In this document: piece after piece, positions 1-8,888 of the stretch | Numbering within the stretch: the first letter of the stretch is position 1 | Layout: each line of letters starts with the position of its first letter | NCBI GenBank assembly: GCA_030059675.1 | Contig: JANVYQ010000004.1 | Location: 96,001-160,000, forward strand | DNA length: 64,000 nt | Reading direction: 5' to 3' | DNA from: Candidatus Pelearchaeum maunauluense | GTDB taxonomy: Archaea; Thermoproteota; Nitrososphaeria_A; Caldarchaeales; Caldarchaeaceae | Translations under genes and position numbers: made by a program | The notes under the pieces: generated by a model | Told to the model about the DNA's origin: nothing | Seen by the model: only the letters and a program-made list of their open reading frames with translations | The model's database searches: none

Positions 1-1665
1 GCTAACGCCCCCGCAGGAGCTATACTGGCTACAAACACAAGCACGCTACCAATAAGTGAGATAGCCTCCGCAACCAAGCGGCCAGAACATGTTGTTGGCA
101 TGCACTTCTTCAACCCACCACCCCTAATGCCACTGGTTGAAGTCATACGCGGCGAGAAGACAAGCGACGATGTGGTAAAGAAAACAGCGGAGCTTGCGAA
201 GAGCTTCGGCAAGGAGGTGGTGATATGCCATAAAGATGTCCCTGGGTTTATCGTGAATAGAATCGTAGGCCCACTCCTGAACGAGGCTTGCTGGATGGTT
301 CACCGCGGGGAGGCTACGCCTGTGGAGATTGACTCCGCTGTCCGCTATAAGGCAGGTCTCCCCATGGGCCTGCTTGAGCTTGCCGACTACACTGGGATAG
401 ATGTAACATACCTGGCTGGCGAGTCTGTCAGGGCGCGCGACCCAGCTAATGTTCTCCCATGCCCGCTCTTCAAGGAGTATTATGAGAAGGGTAAGCTGGG
501 CCAGAAGAGTGGTGAGGGCTTCTACAAGTATGGGAAGGGGATGTATGAAAGGCCTAGCATACCGCGCGAGGCTGGGGAGAAGCTTGACATAGTGCGCATA
601 ATGGCTGTGGGAATAAACGCTGCGACGTGGCTTGTTCGGAATAGCGTGGCGTCGGTGGAGGATGTGGAGCGGGCTGTGAAACTCGGATTAGGATTCCCGA
701 AGGGAATACTGGAGATGGCCGATGAGTGGGGGATAGACCGCGTGGTAGAGGTGCTCAACAACCTTCGCGAGAAATACGGCGACTACTACACTCCAGATCC
801 GCTACTCACAAAGCTGGCTTCCGAGGGGAAACTGGGCGTGAAGGCTGGCGCCGGCTTCCACAGCTACGCAACGGGAGAGAAGAAATACAGCGAGATACTA
901 GTTAGGAAGGAAGGCCATATAGCGTGGGTTATCCTCAATAGGCCGCAGAGGCTAAACGCCCTAACGCTCACGATGGCTGACGAGCTCATTGACGCGCTGG
1001 ACAAGCTTACGGCAGATAGCGGCGTCCGTGTTATAGTTTTACGCGGGGCAGGAGACCGCGCATTCTCGGCAGGGGCTGACGTAACAGCGTTCACCGAAGT
1101 CCCAGCACCTCACGCGGTTGTAGAGCTTTCCCAGAAATTCCAAGCCATGATGGACAAGGTTGAGGCTACACCAAAACCAGTAATCGCAGCTATAGATGGC
1201 TTCGCATTAGGTGGGGGATGTGAGCTTATACAGGCGTGTGATTTTAGAATCGCAACCACGCGCTCGGAGTTCGGCCAGCCTGAGATAAGGCTTGGCCTAA
1301 TCCCAGGAGCAGGTGGAACGCAGAGGCTCGTAAAGCTCGTCGGCCTAGCCAAGGCCAAGGAGCTGGTCATGCTGGGAGAACGCATAAACGCTGAGGAAGC
1401 CCATCGAATAGGGCTCGTCAACAAACTTGTACCCCCAGAAAGGTTTGAGGAGGAGGTGAGGAGCTTCGCCAACAAACTCGCAGAAATGCCGCCCATAGCC
1501 CTAAAGGCGGCCAAACTAGCCCTAAACTACGGCACACAGTCGCCGCTCTCAACAGGCCTAACACTGGAAAGAGGACTATTCAGCCTCCTCTTCTCAACAA
1601 AAGACTTCATGGAGGGGGTGTCGGCATTCCTATCCAAACGAAAACCAGAATTCAAGGGTGAGTAA
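1..1665 (+). CDS. 3-hydroxyacyl-CoA dehydrogenase / enoyl-CoA hydratase bifunctional protein (5' partial)
   Basis: Frame is open from base 1 (ILATNTSTLPISEIA...GMHFFNP), followed by PGFIVNR and a C-terminal crotonase domain (AFSAGAD, GGGCEL, GQPEIRLGLIPGAGGTQRL). Confidence 0.93.
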   Translation, partial: ANAPAGAILATNTSTLPISEIASATKRPEHVVGMHFFNPPPLMPLVEVIRGEKTSDDVVKKTAELAKSFGKEVVICHKDVPGFIVNRIVGPLLNEACWMVHRGEATPVEIDSAVRYKAGLPMGLLELADYTGIDVTYLAGESVRARDPANVLPCPLFKEYYEKGKLGQKSGEGFYKYGKGMYERPSIPREAGEKLDIVRIMAVGINAATWLVRNSVASVEDVERAVKLGLGFPKGILEMADEWGIDRVVEVLNNLREKYGDYYTPDPLLTKLASEGKLGVKAGAGFHSYATGEKKYSEILVRKEGHIAWVILNRPQRLNALTLTMADELIDALDKLTADSGVRVIVLRGAGDRAFSAGADVTAFTEVPAPHAVVELSQKFQAMMDKVEATPKPVIAAIDGFALGGGCELIQACDFRIATTRSEFGQPEIRLGLIPGAGGTQRLVKLVGLAKAKELVMLGERINAEEAHRIGLVNKLVPPERFEEEVRSFANKLAEMPPIALKAAKLALNYGTQSPLSTGLTLERGLFSLLFSTKDFMEGVSAFLSKRKPEFKGE

Positions 1666-1697
1666 TGGATATAGCATAGCGGGTAGCGTGGAGATAC

Positions 1698-2045
1698 GTG
1701 AGCGGAGAGGACGCATTACAGGTTTTGAGCACGATAGTGGCTAGGGCTAATGATATTCAGGAGATTAAGCAGAAGATAGCCAACTGGGATAAGGTCTTTC
1801 AGTTTAAGCCAAGCGATGCAGAGCCCTTCATACTACAGGCTGTAAACGGTGTTCTCAACGTTAGCAGGGGATTACACCCAAACCCGACAGCAACGCTTGA
1901 GGCGTCGCACCAAGACCTGCTGGCTATGATGAAGGGAGAACTGGACCCCGTCAAGGCTTTCTTCTCGGGGAGGCTTAAGATAAAGGGCGATGTCTTCGCC
2001 ACGCAGGAGCTAAACTCCATACTCCGGACAGTCCAGAAGAAATAG
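1698..2045 (+). CDS. SCP2 sterol/lipid-binding domain protein
   Basis: GELDPVKAFFSGRLKIKGD signature; follows the beta-oxidation gene. Confidence 0.85.
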   Translation: MSGEDALQVLSTIVARANDIQEIKQKIANWDKVFQFKPSDAEPFILQAVNGVLNVSRGLHPNPTATLEASHQDLLAMMKGELDPVKAFFSGRLKIKGDVFATQELNSILRTVQKK

Positions 2046-2063
2046 CAAGCAACAGAGGTGGCT

Positions 2064-2435
2064 TCATACCTTCCTTAGATAGCGGCCCAGCTCTTCTATC
2101 GTATTTATCCCTAAGCGTCTCGCTGCTGAGAGCTTGCGGTAGTAGAAGAGGTCTACATTTATTCCCTGGCTCGTTAGCTCCCTTACTATGTGCTTGGTCA
2201 TTTTCTCGCCTTCGCGGTCAAAGTCTAGCAACAGTATTACTCGTTTGTTGATGTGTTGTGTGAAGATTGTTCTCCTGAGCTCGCGGAGGAGTATTACCTT
2301 CCCAGCTACGCCCAGCATTGTTAGGGCGTGTCTATCCCGCTCTCCCTCCACTAGAATAACTGCTCCTTCATCCACATCAATTCTAAGCTTCTCCACTAGA
2401 CCAATCAACTCCTCTACTTTCTCATACCTCCCCAT
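2064..2435 (-). CDS. Small stand-alone Toprim-domain protein
   Basis: ILVEGERD and LLDFDREG Toprim motifs; start placed at ATG 2435 (ORF track extends to 2507). Confidence 0.85.
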   Translation of the reverse strand: MGRYEKVEELIGLVEKLRIDVDEGAVILVEGERDRHALTMLGVAGKVILLRELRRTIFTQHINKRVILLLDFDREGEKMTKHIVRELTSQGINVDLFYYRKLSAARRLGINTIEELGRYLRKV

Positions 2436-2697
2436 ATACCCAATAAACAGAAAACCAACCCCATATTTTAGCGGTTCAATCACCATATTGAAGCAATGGA
2501 ATACCACCCCATTCTTTTGAAAAATGCCAGAAACTGATTAGAACTATACTAGAATCTAGGTTTGATTTTCATTTTGCATGGGAGAGGTGGCTGAAAGTGC
2601 GGCTTCGGTATTGTTTTAGAGATACTGCGGTATTACCAAGCCTTATCCATAAGCGCGTGAGCAGCGTAGCCTCAAGATAGGAGGTGAGGACGAAAGG

Positions 2698-2844
2698 ATG
2701 AAGGTTGTAACAGTTCACCTGCCAGAACCGTACCTTGAGGCTATAGACGAGCTGGTGAGGCGGCGTCTTTATCCAAACCGAGCCGAGGCAATAAGGATGG
2801 CCGTAAGAGACTTCATACGCGAGGAGGTTCAGGTGAGTGAGTGA
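2698..2844 (+). CDS. cdrS: Ribbon-helix-helix regulator of cell division (CdrS-like), 48 aa, not in ORF track
   Basis: Translated by hand: MKVVTVHLPEPYLEAIDELVRRRLYPNRAEAIRMAVRDFIREEVQVSE; GGAGGTGA RBS upstream; overlaps the ftsZ start. Confidence 0.85.
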   Translation: MKVVTVHLPEPYLEAIDELVRRRLYPNRAEAIRMAVRDFIREEVQVSE

Positions 2845-3928
2845 GCCATACTACCCTGAACCTGAGTTGGAGGAAGTAAGGATAAGGCTGATCGGCGTAG
2901 GCGGCGCTGGCTGCAACACAATAAACCGCCTAGCAACCAACGGCCTACGAGGCGTCTTCACAGTCGCCGTTAACACAGACTTACAGCATCTTGACCTTAC
3001 GCGCGCTGATAAGAAAATCCTGCTGGGCAAGACCGTAACACGGCTACGTGGCTCAGGCAGCGACCCCATAAAGGGGAGGATGGCTGCCGAGGAAGCGATT
3101 GAAGACATAAGGAAAGTTGTGCAGGATGCGGATATAGTCTTCATAGCTGCCGGCCTGGGTGGAGGAACTGGGACAGGCGCTGCGCCCATCGTGGCTTCTG
3201 TGGCGCGTGAAGAGGGAGCTACCGTCGTAGGCGTCGTAACTCTGCCGTTTAAGTTTGAGGGTATAGTGAGGAAGCGCATAGCATTAGGGGGGCTTGAGGA
3301 GCTTAAGAAAGAATGTAACGCCGTCGTCGTAGTGGATAACAACAAGCTACTAGAACTATATCCGCAGCATGGGCTCAAGACAGCATTCAGCCTAGCTGAC
3401 GAGGTGATAAGCAACATGATTCAGAGCATAACAGAGTCAATATCAAGGCCAGGTCTAATAAACATAGACTACGCAGACTTTAAGACAATCGTATCACGCG
3501 GCAAGTTGGCATCGTTGGGTATGGGTAGGTCATCATCGCCCAACAGAGCTGAGGAGGCAACGTTCAACGCGCTGCAATCACCGTTGTTAGACGCCTCTTA
3601 CGAAGGCCTCTCTGGAGCCATAGTGCACGTTACAGGTGGCGAGGATATGCAGCTCGCTGAGGCGGCGCGGCCTGCTGAGATAGTCTCCGAGCTGATGGAT
3701 GATGAGGGCTTGGTAATCTGGGGAGCGCGTATAGATAACTTCTACTCATCAACAATGCAGGTATCGCTGATACTCACAGGGCTCTCCAGCACACCCCAGC
3801 TAGTTGAGATTAACGAGATGACAAACGAAGCGGCTGCAAGCTCCAAGAGCGGCAATGGTCATCAGGAAGAGCTAAACCGCCTATTGGAGGAGCTGGGGAT
3901 AAAGACGGTATACCCCAACACCTCTTAA
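2837..3928 (+). CDS. ftsZ: Cell division protein FtsZ (probably FtsZ2-type by context)
   Basis: GVGGAGCN, GGGTGTG signature, PFKFEG, T7 loop GLINIDYAD. Confidence 0.95.
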   Translation: MSEPYYPEPELEEVRIRLIGVGGAGCNTINRLATNGLRGVFTVAVNTDLQHLDLTRADKKILLGKTVTRLRGSGSDPIKGRMAAEEAIEDIRKVVQDADIVFIAAGLGGGTGTGAAPIVASVAREEGATVVGVVTLPFKFEGIVRKRIALGGLEELKKECNAVVVVDNNKLLELYPQHGLKTAFSLADEVISNMIQSITESISRPGLINIDYADFKTIVSRGKLASLGMGRSSSPNRAEEATFNALQSPLLDASYEGLSGAIVHVTGGEDMQLAEAARPAEIVSELMDDEGLVIWGARIDNFYSSTMQVSLILTGLSSTPQLVEINEMTNEAAASSKSGNGHQEELNRLLEELGIKTVYPNTS

Positions 3929-4011
3929 CAATCGTCATTTATTTTTTATTTTCTTATTTACGAGCATAGCTTATCTATAAGCGGCCAGCACGATAATCGG
4001 TCTGGTAGAAC

Positions 4012-4794
4012 ATGAGGCGTAGGCCTAGTCTTCTGCAGATAATCTACTCCAGGAGAACTGTTAGGCGTTTTAGCAAGAGTAAGCCTCTCTCTGAGGATGT
4101 TGTTAAGATGTTGGTTGAGGCTGGTCAGAGGGCTCCCTGCTACTATCAGGCGTATTCTGTTATATGGGTTAGGGATGAGGAGAGAATTAAGAGCTTAGCC
4201 GAGATATGTGATAGCGAGACTACACGCTCCATGATACTTAACGCCTCCGCAGTCCTGCTAATTTGTGTGGATTTCTACCGTCTTAGAGTGCTTTTAAACT
4301 CCCTCGGCCATCATCACATACTAAGCGAGGACAAGTTCCCCGTCGAGGCCTTCTATGGCGTATTCGAGACTGGGCTTATGGTTGAGAATATCTGCATAGC
4401 GGCCGAGGTTCTTGGACTCGGCTCTGCCTTGCTTGACTGCGCTCTCTTTGAGTGTGAGAGGATAGCGCTTCTCTTCCAGCTTCCTCACGGCGTTATACCT
4501 GCTGCTATACTTTGCGTGGGTGAGAAGGGTGAAAACCCGCCGCCACGTCCGCGCTGGCCGCTGGAGCACGTGCTCCATATAGATGCGTATAAGCCTGTGC
4601 AGGCCGAAGATGTAGAGGCCTATCTAGACCTATCAGAGAAAATTCTCGCCTCCGAGGGGTATCTGAGAAAATACGCGGAATGGAATGGTAGCTACACTGA
4701 ATATTTGATGGAACGAACATTATTGACGAAGGAGATTAAGAAAACCTACGACGCAATAGCTTCATTCTTGACGCGCAATGGCCTTAAGCTCTGA
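4012..4794 (+). CDS. Nitroreductase family protein
   Basis: SRRTVRRF, AGQRAP, AAEVLGLGS, PRPRWP. Confidence 0.85.
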   Translation: MRRRPSLLQIIYSRRTVRRFSKSKPLSEDVVKMLVEAGQRAPCYYQAYSVIWVRDEERIKSLAEICDSETTRSMILNASAVLLICVDFYRLRVLLNSLGHHHILSEDKFPVEAFYGVFETGLMVENICIAAEVLGLGSALLDCALFECERIALLFQLPHGVIPAAILCVGEKGENPPPRPRWPLEHVLHIDAYKPVQAEDVEAYLDLSEKILASEGYLRKYAEWNGSYTEYLMERTLLTKEIKKTYDAIASFLTRNGLKL

Positions 4795-4834
4795 AAAGTT
4801 ATAATTATGGAATTACATCAACGACGCGACATAC

Positions 4835-5899
4835 ATGCAACTAGAAGAACAGGTTAACGCGCTATTAGAAAGTTATAGCAAATTAATTGATGATGCCATA
4901 GGGAAGATAGTGCCACAAGAGTTTGATATCCGCTCATTATTATCATATTTGGGAGAGCCCAAATACGAGTATGAGCTGGTAGCGGTTAATGAGGGAATAA
5001 CAAAACCATTCTGGGACCTCATAACGCGGGGGGGTAAGCGCTGGAGGCCAGCTCTGATGCTGCTTACCTATCAAGCCCTCGGCGGCAAGTTGGAGCAGGT
5101 GATTGAATACGCGGCTATACCTGAGATAATCCACAACGCCACGCTAATAGTTGATGATGTTGAGGATAATAGCCAAATGCGCCGTAATAAGCCGTGCATA
5201 CATAGGATATACGGTGTTGATATAGCGATAAACGCTGGGAACACACTCTACTACCTACCAATATTATATATATTAAAGAATGTGGAGGAGGGGAAGAGGT
5301 GTAGGATACTTCAGGCATATGTGCGTCAGATGACGTATCTAAGCATAGGCCAGGCTATGGACATAGCTTGGCATCGTGGGCTGATGGGGGAGATAAGTGA
5401 GAACCAGTATCTCCAGATGTGCGCCTTCAAGACTGGTTCGGTCTCCAAGTTCGCTGTAGAGCTTGCATGTATATTCGCTGATGCTGACGCCAAGACCACT
5501 GCAGCGCTATCTGACTTTGGCGAGACTGTCGGCGTGGCTTTCCAGATACAGGACGACCTCCTCAACCTCGTTGGGGAGGAAGCCAAGTATGGAAAGGAGG
5601 TTGGCGGAGATATAACCGAAGGGAAACGAACATTAATGGTTGTTTATGCTCTTAGAAACCTACCCGCCGATGAGCGGGAGAGGCTTAAGCAGATACTTGA
5701 TAAGCATACGACAGATAAGCGGGAGATTGAAGAGGCTATATCGCTAATCAAGAAGTCTGGGGCTATAGAGTATGCGCAGAAGGTTGCGCGTAGATTGATG
5801 CTTGAATCGTGGGCTAGGGCTGATGAGGTTCTCCCACCTTCCGACGCAAAGAACAACCTAAGACTCTTAGCGGAATACTTGATTGAGCGTAGTAGGTGA
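4835..5899 (+). CDS. Polyprenyl diphosphate synthase (GGPP synthase family)
   Basis: GGKRWRP, VDDVED...RR, KT, FQIQDD, GGDITEGKRT. Confidence 0.93.
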   Translation: MQLEEQVNALLESYSKLIDDAIGKIVPQEFDIRSLLSYLGEPKYEYELVAVNEGITKPFWDLITRGGKRWRPALMLLTYQALGGKLEQVIEYAAIPEIIHNATLIVDDVEDNSQMRRNKPCIHRIYGVDIAINAGNTLYYLPILYILKNVEEGKRCRILQAYVRQMTYLSIGQAMDIAWHRGLMGEISENQYLQMCAFKTGSVSKFAVELACIFADADAKTTAALSDFGETVGVAFQIQDDLLNLVGEEAKYGKEVGGDITEGKRTLMVVYALRNLPADERERLKQILDKHTTDKREIEEAISLIKKSGAIEYAQKVARRLMLESWARADEVLPPSDAKNNLRLLAEYLIERSR

Positions 5900-5906
5900 G
5901 TAAAGA

Positions 5907-6569
5907 ATGACTATAACAGCGTTAAGCTTTGACTGCTATGGGACATTAATAGACTGGGAAAAGGGTATGCGCGACGCCTTTCAGCGAGTCATATCACGAC
6001 GCAGCTTAACGGTGGACGTTGAGCAGATGATTAGGCGATACATAGAGATAGAGCTTGAAGTTGAGGGGGAGACGTATAGAAAGTATAAAGATGTTCTAAG
6101 AATATCTACGCGTAGGTTGCTTGAGGAAATGGATATGGAGCCTTCAGCCGACGATGAGAACGTGCTTGTCGAGACCCTTCCGAGATGGCCGCCGTTTCCT
6201 GAAACTAGAGAAACGCTCAAAAGTCTTCGGGAGAAGGGGCTGAAGCTCATAATCCTCTCAAACGTGGATGACGATCTAATCAAAGGCTCCGTAGAGCTCA
6301 TAGGCGTGGAGTTTGACGATATAATAACCGCGGAACAGACACGCTCCTACAAGCCCGCCTATGGTCACTGGCTTAGGATGCTGGAAGCTCATAAGCTGGA
6401 GAAAGAACAGGTAATCCATGTGAGTGCGAGCTACGTACATGACATAATACCCGCCAGCAGGCTTGGTTTTAGGACTGTTTGGATAAACCGTAAAAACGAA
6501 ACACCCCGGGGCAGGCCTGTGCATAGCTACGAGTTCCCAGATTTGAGTCCTCTACCTACGCTCTTTTAA
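5907..6569 (+). CDS. HAD-superfamily hydrolase (2-haloacid dehalogenase-like)
   Basis: FDCYGTLIDW, LSNVD, SYKP, HDI. Confidence 0.88.
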   Translation: MTITALSFDCYGTLIDWEKGMRDAFQRVISRRSLTVDVEQMIRRYIEIELEVEGETYRKYKDVLRISTRRLLEEMDMEPSADDENVLVETLPRWPPFPETRETLKSLREKGLKLIILSNVDDDLIKGSVELIGVEFDDIITAEQTRSYKPAYGHWLRMLEAHKLEKEQVIHVSASYVHDIIPASRLGFRTVWINRKNETPRGRPVHSYEFPDLSPLPTLF

Positions 6570-6604
6570 CGCCTTTATACCTCCGATAACGCGTATGAGA
6601 ACTG

Positions 6605-7105
6605 ATGAGTCAGAACGGCTCAATAAAGCTGGATATAGTGGATATAAAGCCTCCAGAGGGCTGTAATGTGGTGCTTGGAATATCCCACTTCATAAAAACC
6701 GTGGAAGACATCTATGAGGCGGTGGTGAATACCGTCCCTGGAGCTAAGTTTGGGATTGCCTTCGCGGAGGCAAGCGGCCCCTGCTTGGTGCGCCATGAAG
6801 GGACTGATGAGGAGCTTAGGAAGCTCGCCGCGGAGACCATGCTACGCCTAGCTTGCGGGCATACGTTTCTAATAATAATGCGCGGTATGTATCCGATTAA
6901 TATCATGGGCAGGCTGAAGAGCGTGCCTGAGGTTTGTACAATACTCGCTGCAACGGCCAACCCCCTTCAGGTGATTGTAGCAGAGACAGAGCAGGGTCGC
7001 GGTGTGATAGGCGTGGTGGATGGCTACAAGTCTAAGGGGATAGAGGACGAGCAGCATATAAGGGAGAGGAGAGAGTTCCTGAGAAAGATAGGCTACAAGT
7101 TCTAG
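6605..7105 (+). CDS. Adenosine-specific kinase family (DUF355)
   Basis: [36 protein letters not shown]. Confidence 0.88.
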   Translation: MSQNGSIKLDIVDIKPPEGCNVVLGISHFIKTVEDIYEAVVNTVPGAKFGIAFAEASGPCLVRHEGTDEELRKLAAETMLRLACGHTFLIIMRGMYPINIMGRLKSVPEVCTILAATANPLQVIVAETEQGRGVIGVVDGYKSKGIEDEQHIRERREFLRKIGYKF

Positions 7106-7129
7106 GAAACTCTCTTAAGAGGATTATTA

Positions 7130-7190
7130 TCAGCACGGGTATTTTTCTTCACAGCGCGGCGAAGCGCTCAGCAATACCCGCTCACATCAC
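7130..7190 (-). ncRNA. Candidate C/D-box sRNA
   Basis: Minus strand: GTGATGT (C) - 12 nt - CTGA (D') - hairpin - GTGAAGA (C') - 12 nt - CTGA (D). Confidence 0.6.
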
Positions 7191-7215
7191 CGAATAGCAT
7201 GCCTCTATGACACTA

Positions 7216-7359
7216 TTAAGGCTTTACGCCCTTCTTTAACTGGCCTCTCTCAACCATCACGCTATGCCCTCTGTCGCAGAACAGGATAACGCCTTGTGGA
7301 AGCTCCTTCATCATAACGCTCTCCTTCTCCACACGGCAGATAGGGCATGTGAAGCGCAT
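7216..7359 (-). CDS. Small Zn-finger protein, 47 aa, not in ORF track
   Basis: MRFTCPICRVEKESVMMKELPQGVILFCDRGHSVMVERGQLKKGVKP; CxxC...CxxxH; TTAAATA box 22 nt upstream. Confidence 0.65.
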   Translation of the reverse strand: MRFTCPICRVEKESVMMKELPQGVILFCDRGHSVMVERGQLKKGVKP

Positions 7360-7437
7360 AGATTAGACAGCTCCATATACGTATTTAAGTGATAATGGAC
7401 AATGCAAATAACCTGTATCAAATCCTAGGGGGAGGAG

Positions 7438-7899
7438 ATGGGTATGAATAGGGTTAAGGTTGGTGATTTGGCTCCAGACTTCACCCTCCCCTCGCATGAT
7501 GGCGGAGTAGTTAGGCTAAGCAGCCTGCGAGGCCATCATGTTGTCCTCTTCTTCTATCCTAAAGACGGCTCGCCTGGATGTACGCGAGAAAACTGCCTCG
7601 TTAGAGATAGGTTGGACGAGTTTAAGGAGCTTGACGCGGTGGTTATCGGTATAAGTAAAGACAGCCTAGATAAGCACAAGCGTTTCGCAGAGAGGTATAA
7701 GCTAACCCACCTACTCCTAAGCGATGCTGATGGAGAAGTTTCACGCCGATACGGGGCTTTAGGCTTCCTAGGACTGTTCACCAGGAGAATTACATTTGTA
7801 ATAGACAGGAATGGCGTAATAAGATATATCCATCAATCCATTAACCCAGCCTCCCACGTAGAGGCGGCTCTAAAAGCATTAAGAGAGATAACGTCTTAA
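7438..7899 (+). CDS. bcp: Peroxiredoxin, BCP/PrxQ family
   Basis: APDFTLP, FYPKDGSPGCTRENC, RITFVID. Confidence 0.92.
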   Translation: MGMNRVKVGDLAPDFTLPSHDGGVVRLSSLRGHHVVLFFYPKDGSPGCTRENCLVRDRLDEFKELDAVVIGISKDSLDKHKRFAERYKLTHLLLSDADGEVSRRYGALGFLGLFTRRITFVIDRNGVIRYIHQSINPASHVEAALKALREITS

Positions 7900-7957
7900 A
7901 GCTTATTAATAGTAAGCGTCAAACTTATTACAAAGACTTAATGCCTCTAGTAAGTGG

Positions 7958-8257
7958 GTGAGCCAACAAGAGATGCCTGATAAACGGGATGTCAAGCTCG
8001 CTAAAATTGTGATAGATATTTTAAAACCCCATATGCCTCCGCTGGTGGATTTCACCAAAGAAATCGCAAACGTAGATGGGCTTCTCCGCGTTGATGCGAC
8101 AATCGTTGAGGTTGATACAGAGACGGAGTCAGTCAAACTGACGGTAGAGGGAAACGACATAAACTTGGAGAAGTTGCTGGAGATTATAAAGAAGATGGGC
8201 GCCGCAATACATAGTATTGACCAGGTAGTGGCGGAGAGACCAATAAGACAAAGATGA
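7958..8257 (+). CDS. DUF211 family protein
   Basis: DILKPH, EVDTETE, GAAIHSIDQV; usual partner of the downstream VIT1-like gene. Confidence 0.85.
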   Translation: MSQQEMPDKRDVKLAKIVIDILKPHMPPLVDFTKEIANVDGLLRVDATIVEVDTETESVKLTVEGNDINLEKLLEIIKKMGAAIHSIDQVVAERPIRQR

Positions 8258-8282
8258 GATGACGCGGCTGGTGAGCGCATGA

Positions 8283-8888
8283 TTGTTAAAACTCATTAAA
8301 GCCCTCCTAGTACGTATCTCGCGTTTCCTAAAGTACTCAGGTAAGGATGTTATTGCGCGCCGCTATTTTGTCTTAAGCGTCTTTGACGGAACCCTAGCCG
8401 CCTTCGGGATAGTTGTTGGGGCTAACTTTGTGAGGGGCACAAGCCCAGCCACGATAGTGGCCGCTGGTATAGGGGCCGCCGTGGCCATGCTCATATCAGG
8501 TGTTACTGGGAGTTTCATGACTGAGACTGCCGAGAGTAAGAAGAGGTTGAAGGAGATTGAGGAAGCCATGTTGGCCGACATGGATGAGAGCATAGTTGCG
8601 GAGGCTGGAAGCTACGGCGCTATAATAGCAGCGCTCATCAACGGCTTGGCTCAATTCGCAGCGGCAACAACTGTGCTCCTACCATACATAATATCACTAT
8701 TCTACCCAACAATAGTGGGGATAGCGCTCTACGCCTCCTTCGCGATAGCTCTGGCCATGATATTCACTCTGGGAACGATACTAGCCAAGGTATCGCGCCA
8801 GAATATACTCGATATGAGTATAAAGATGCTCGCGGTCGGGCTTCTCGCCATAATGCTGATACTCCTACTACAGTTCTTCGCTGGCTAG
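8283..8888 (+). CDS. VIT1/CCC1-like membrane protein
   Basis: [24 protein letters not shown], multiple TM helices. Confidence 0.82.
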   Translation: MLKLIKALLVRISRFLKYSGKDVIARRYFVLSVFDGTLAAFGIVVGANFVRGTSPATIVAAGIGAAVAMLISGVTGSFMTETAESKKRLKEIEEAMLADMDESIVAEAGSYGAIIAALINGLAQFAAATTVLLPYIISLFYPTIVGIALYASFAIALAMIFTLGTILAKVSRQNILDMSIKMLAVGLLAIMLILLLQFFAG

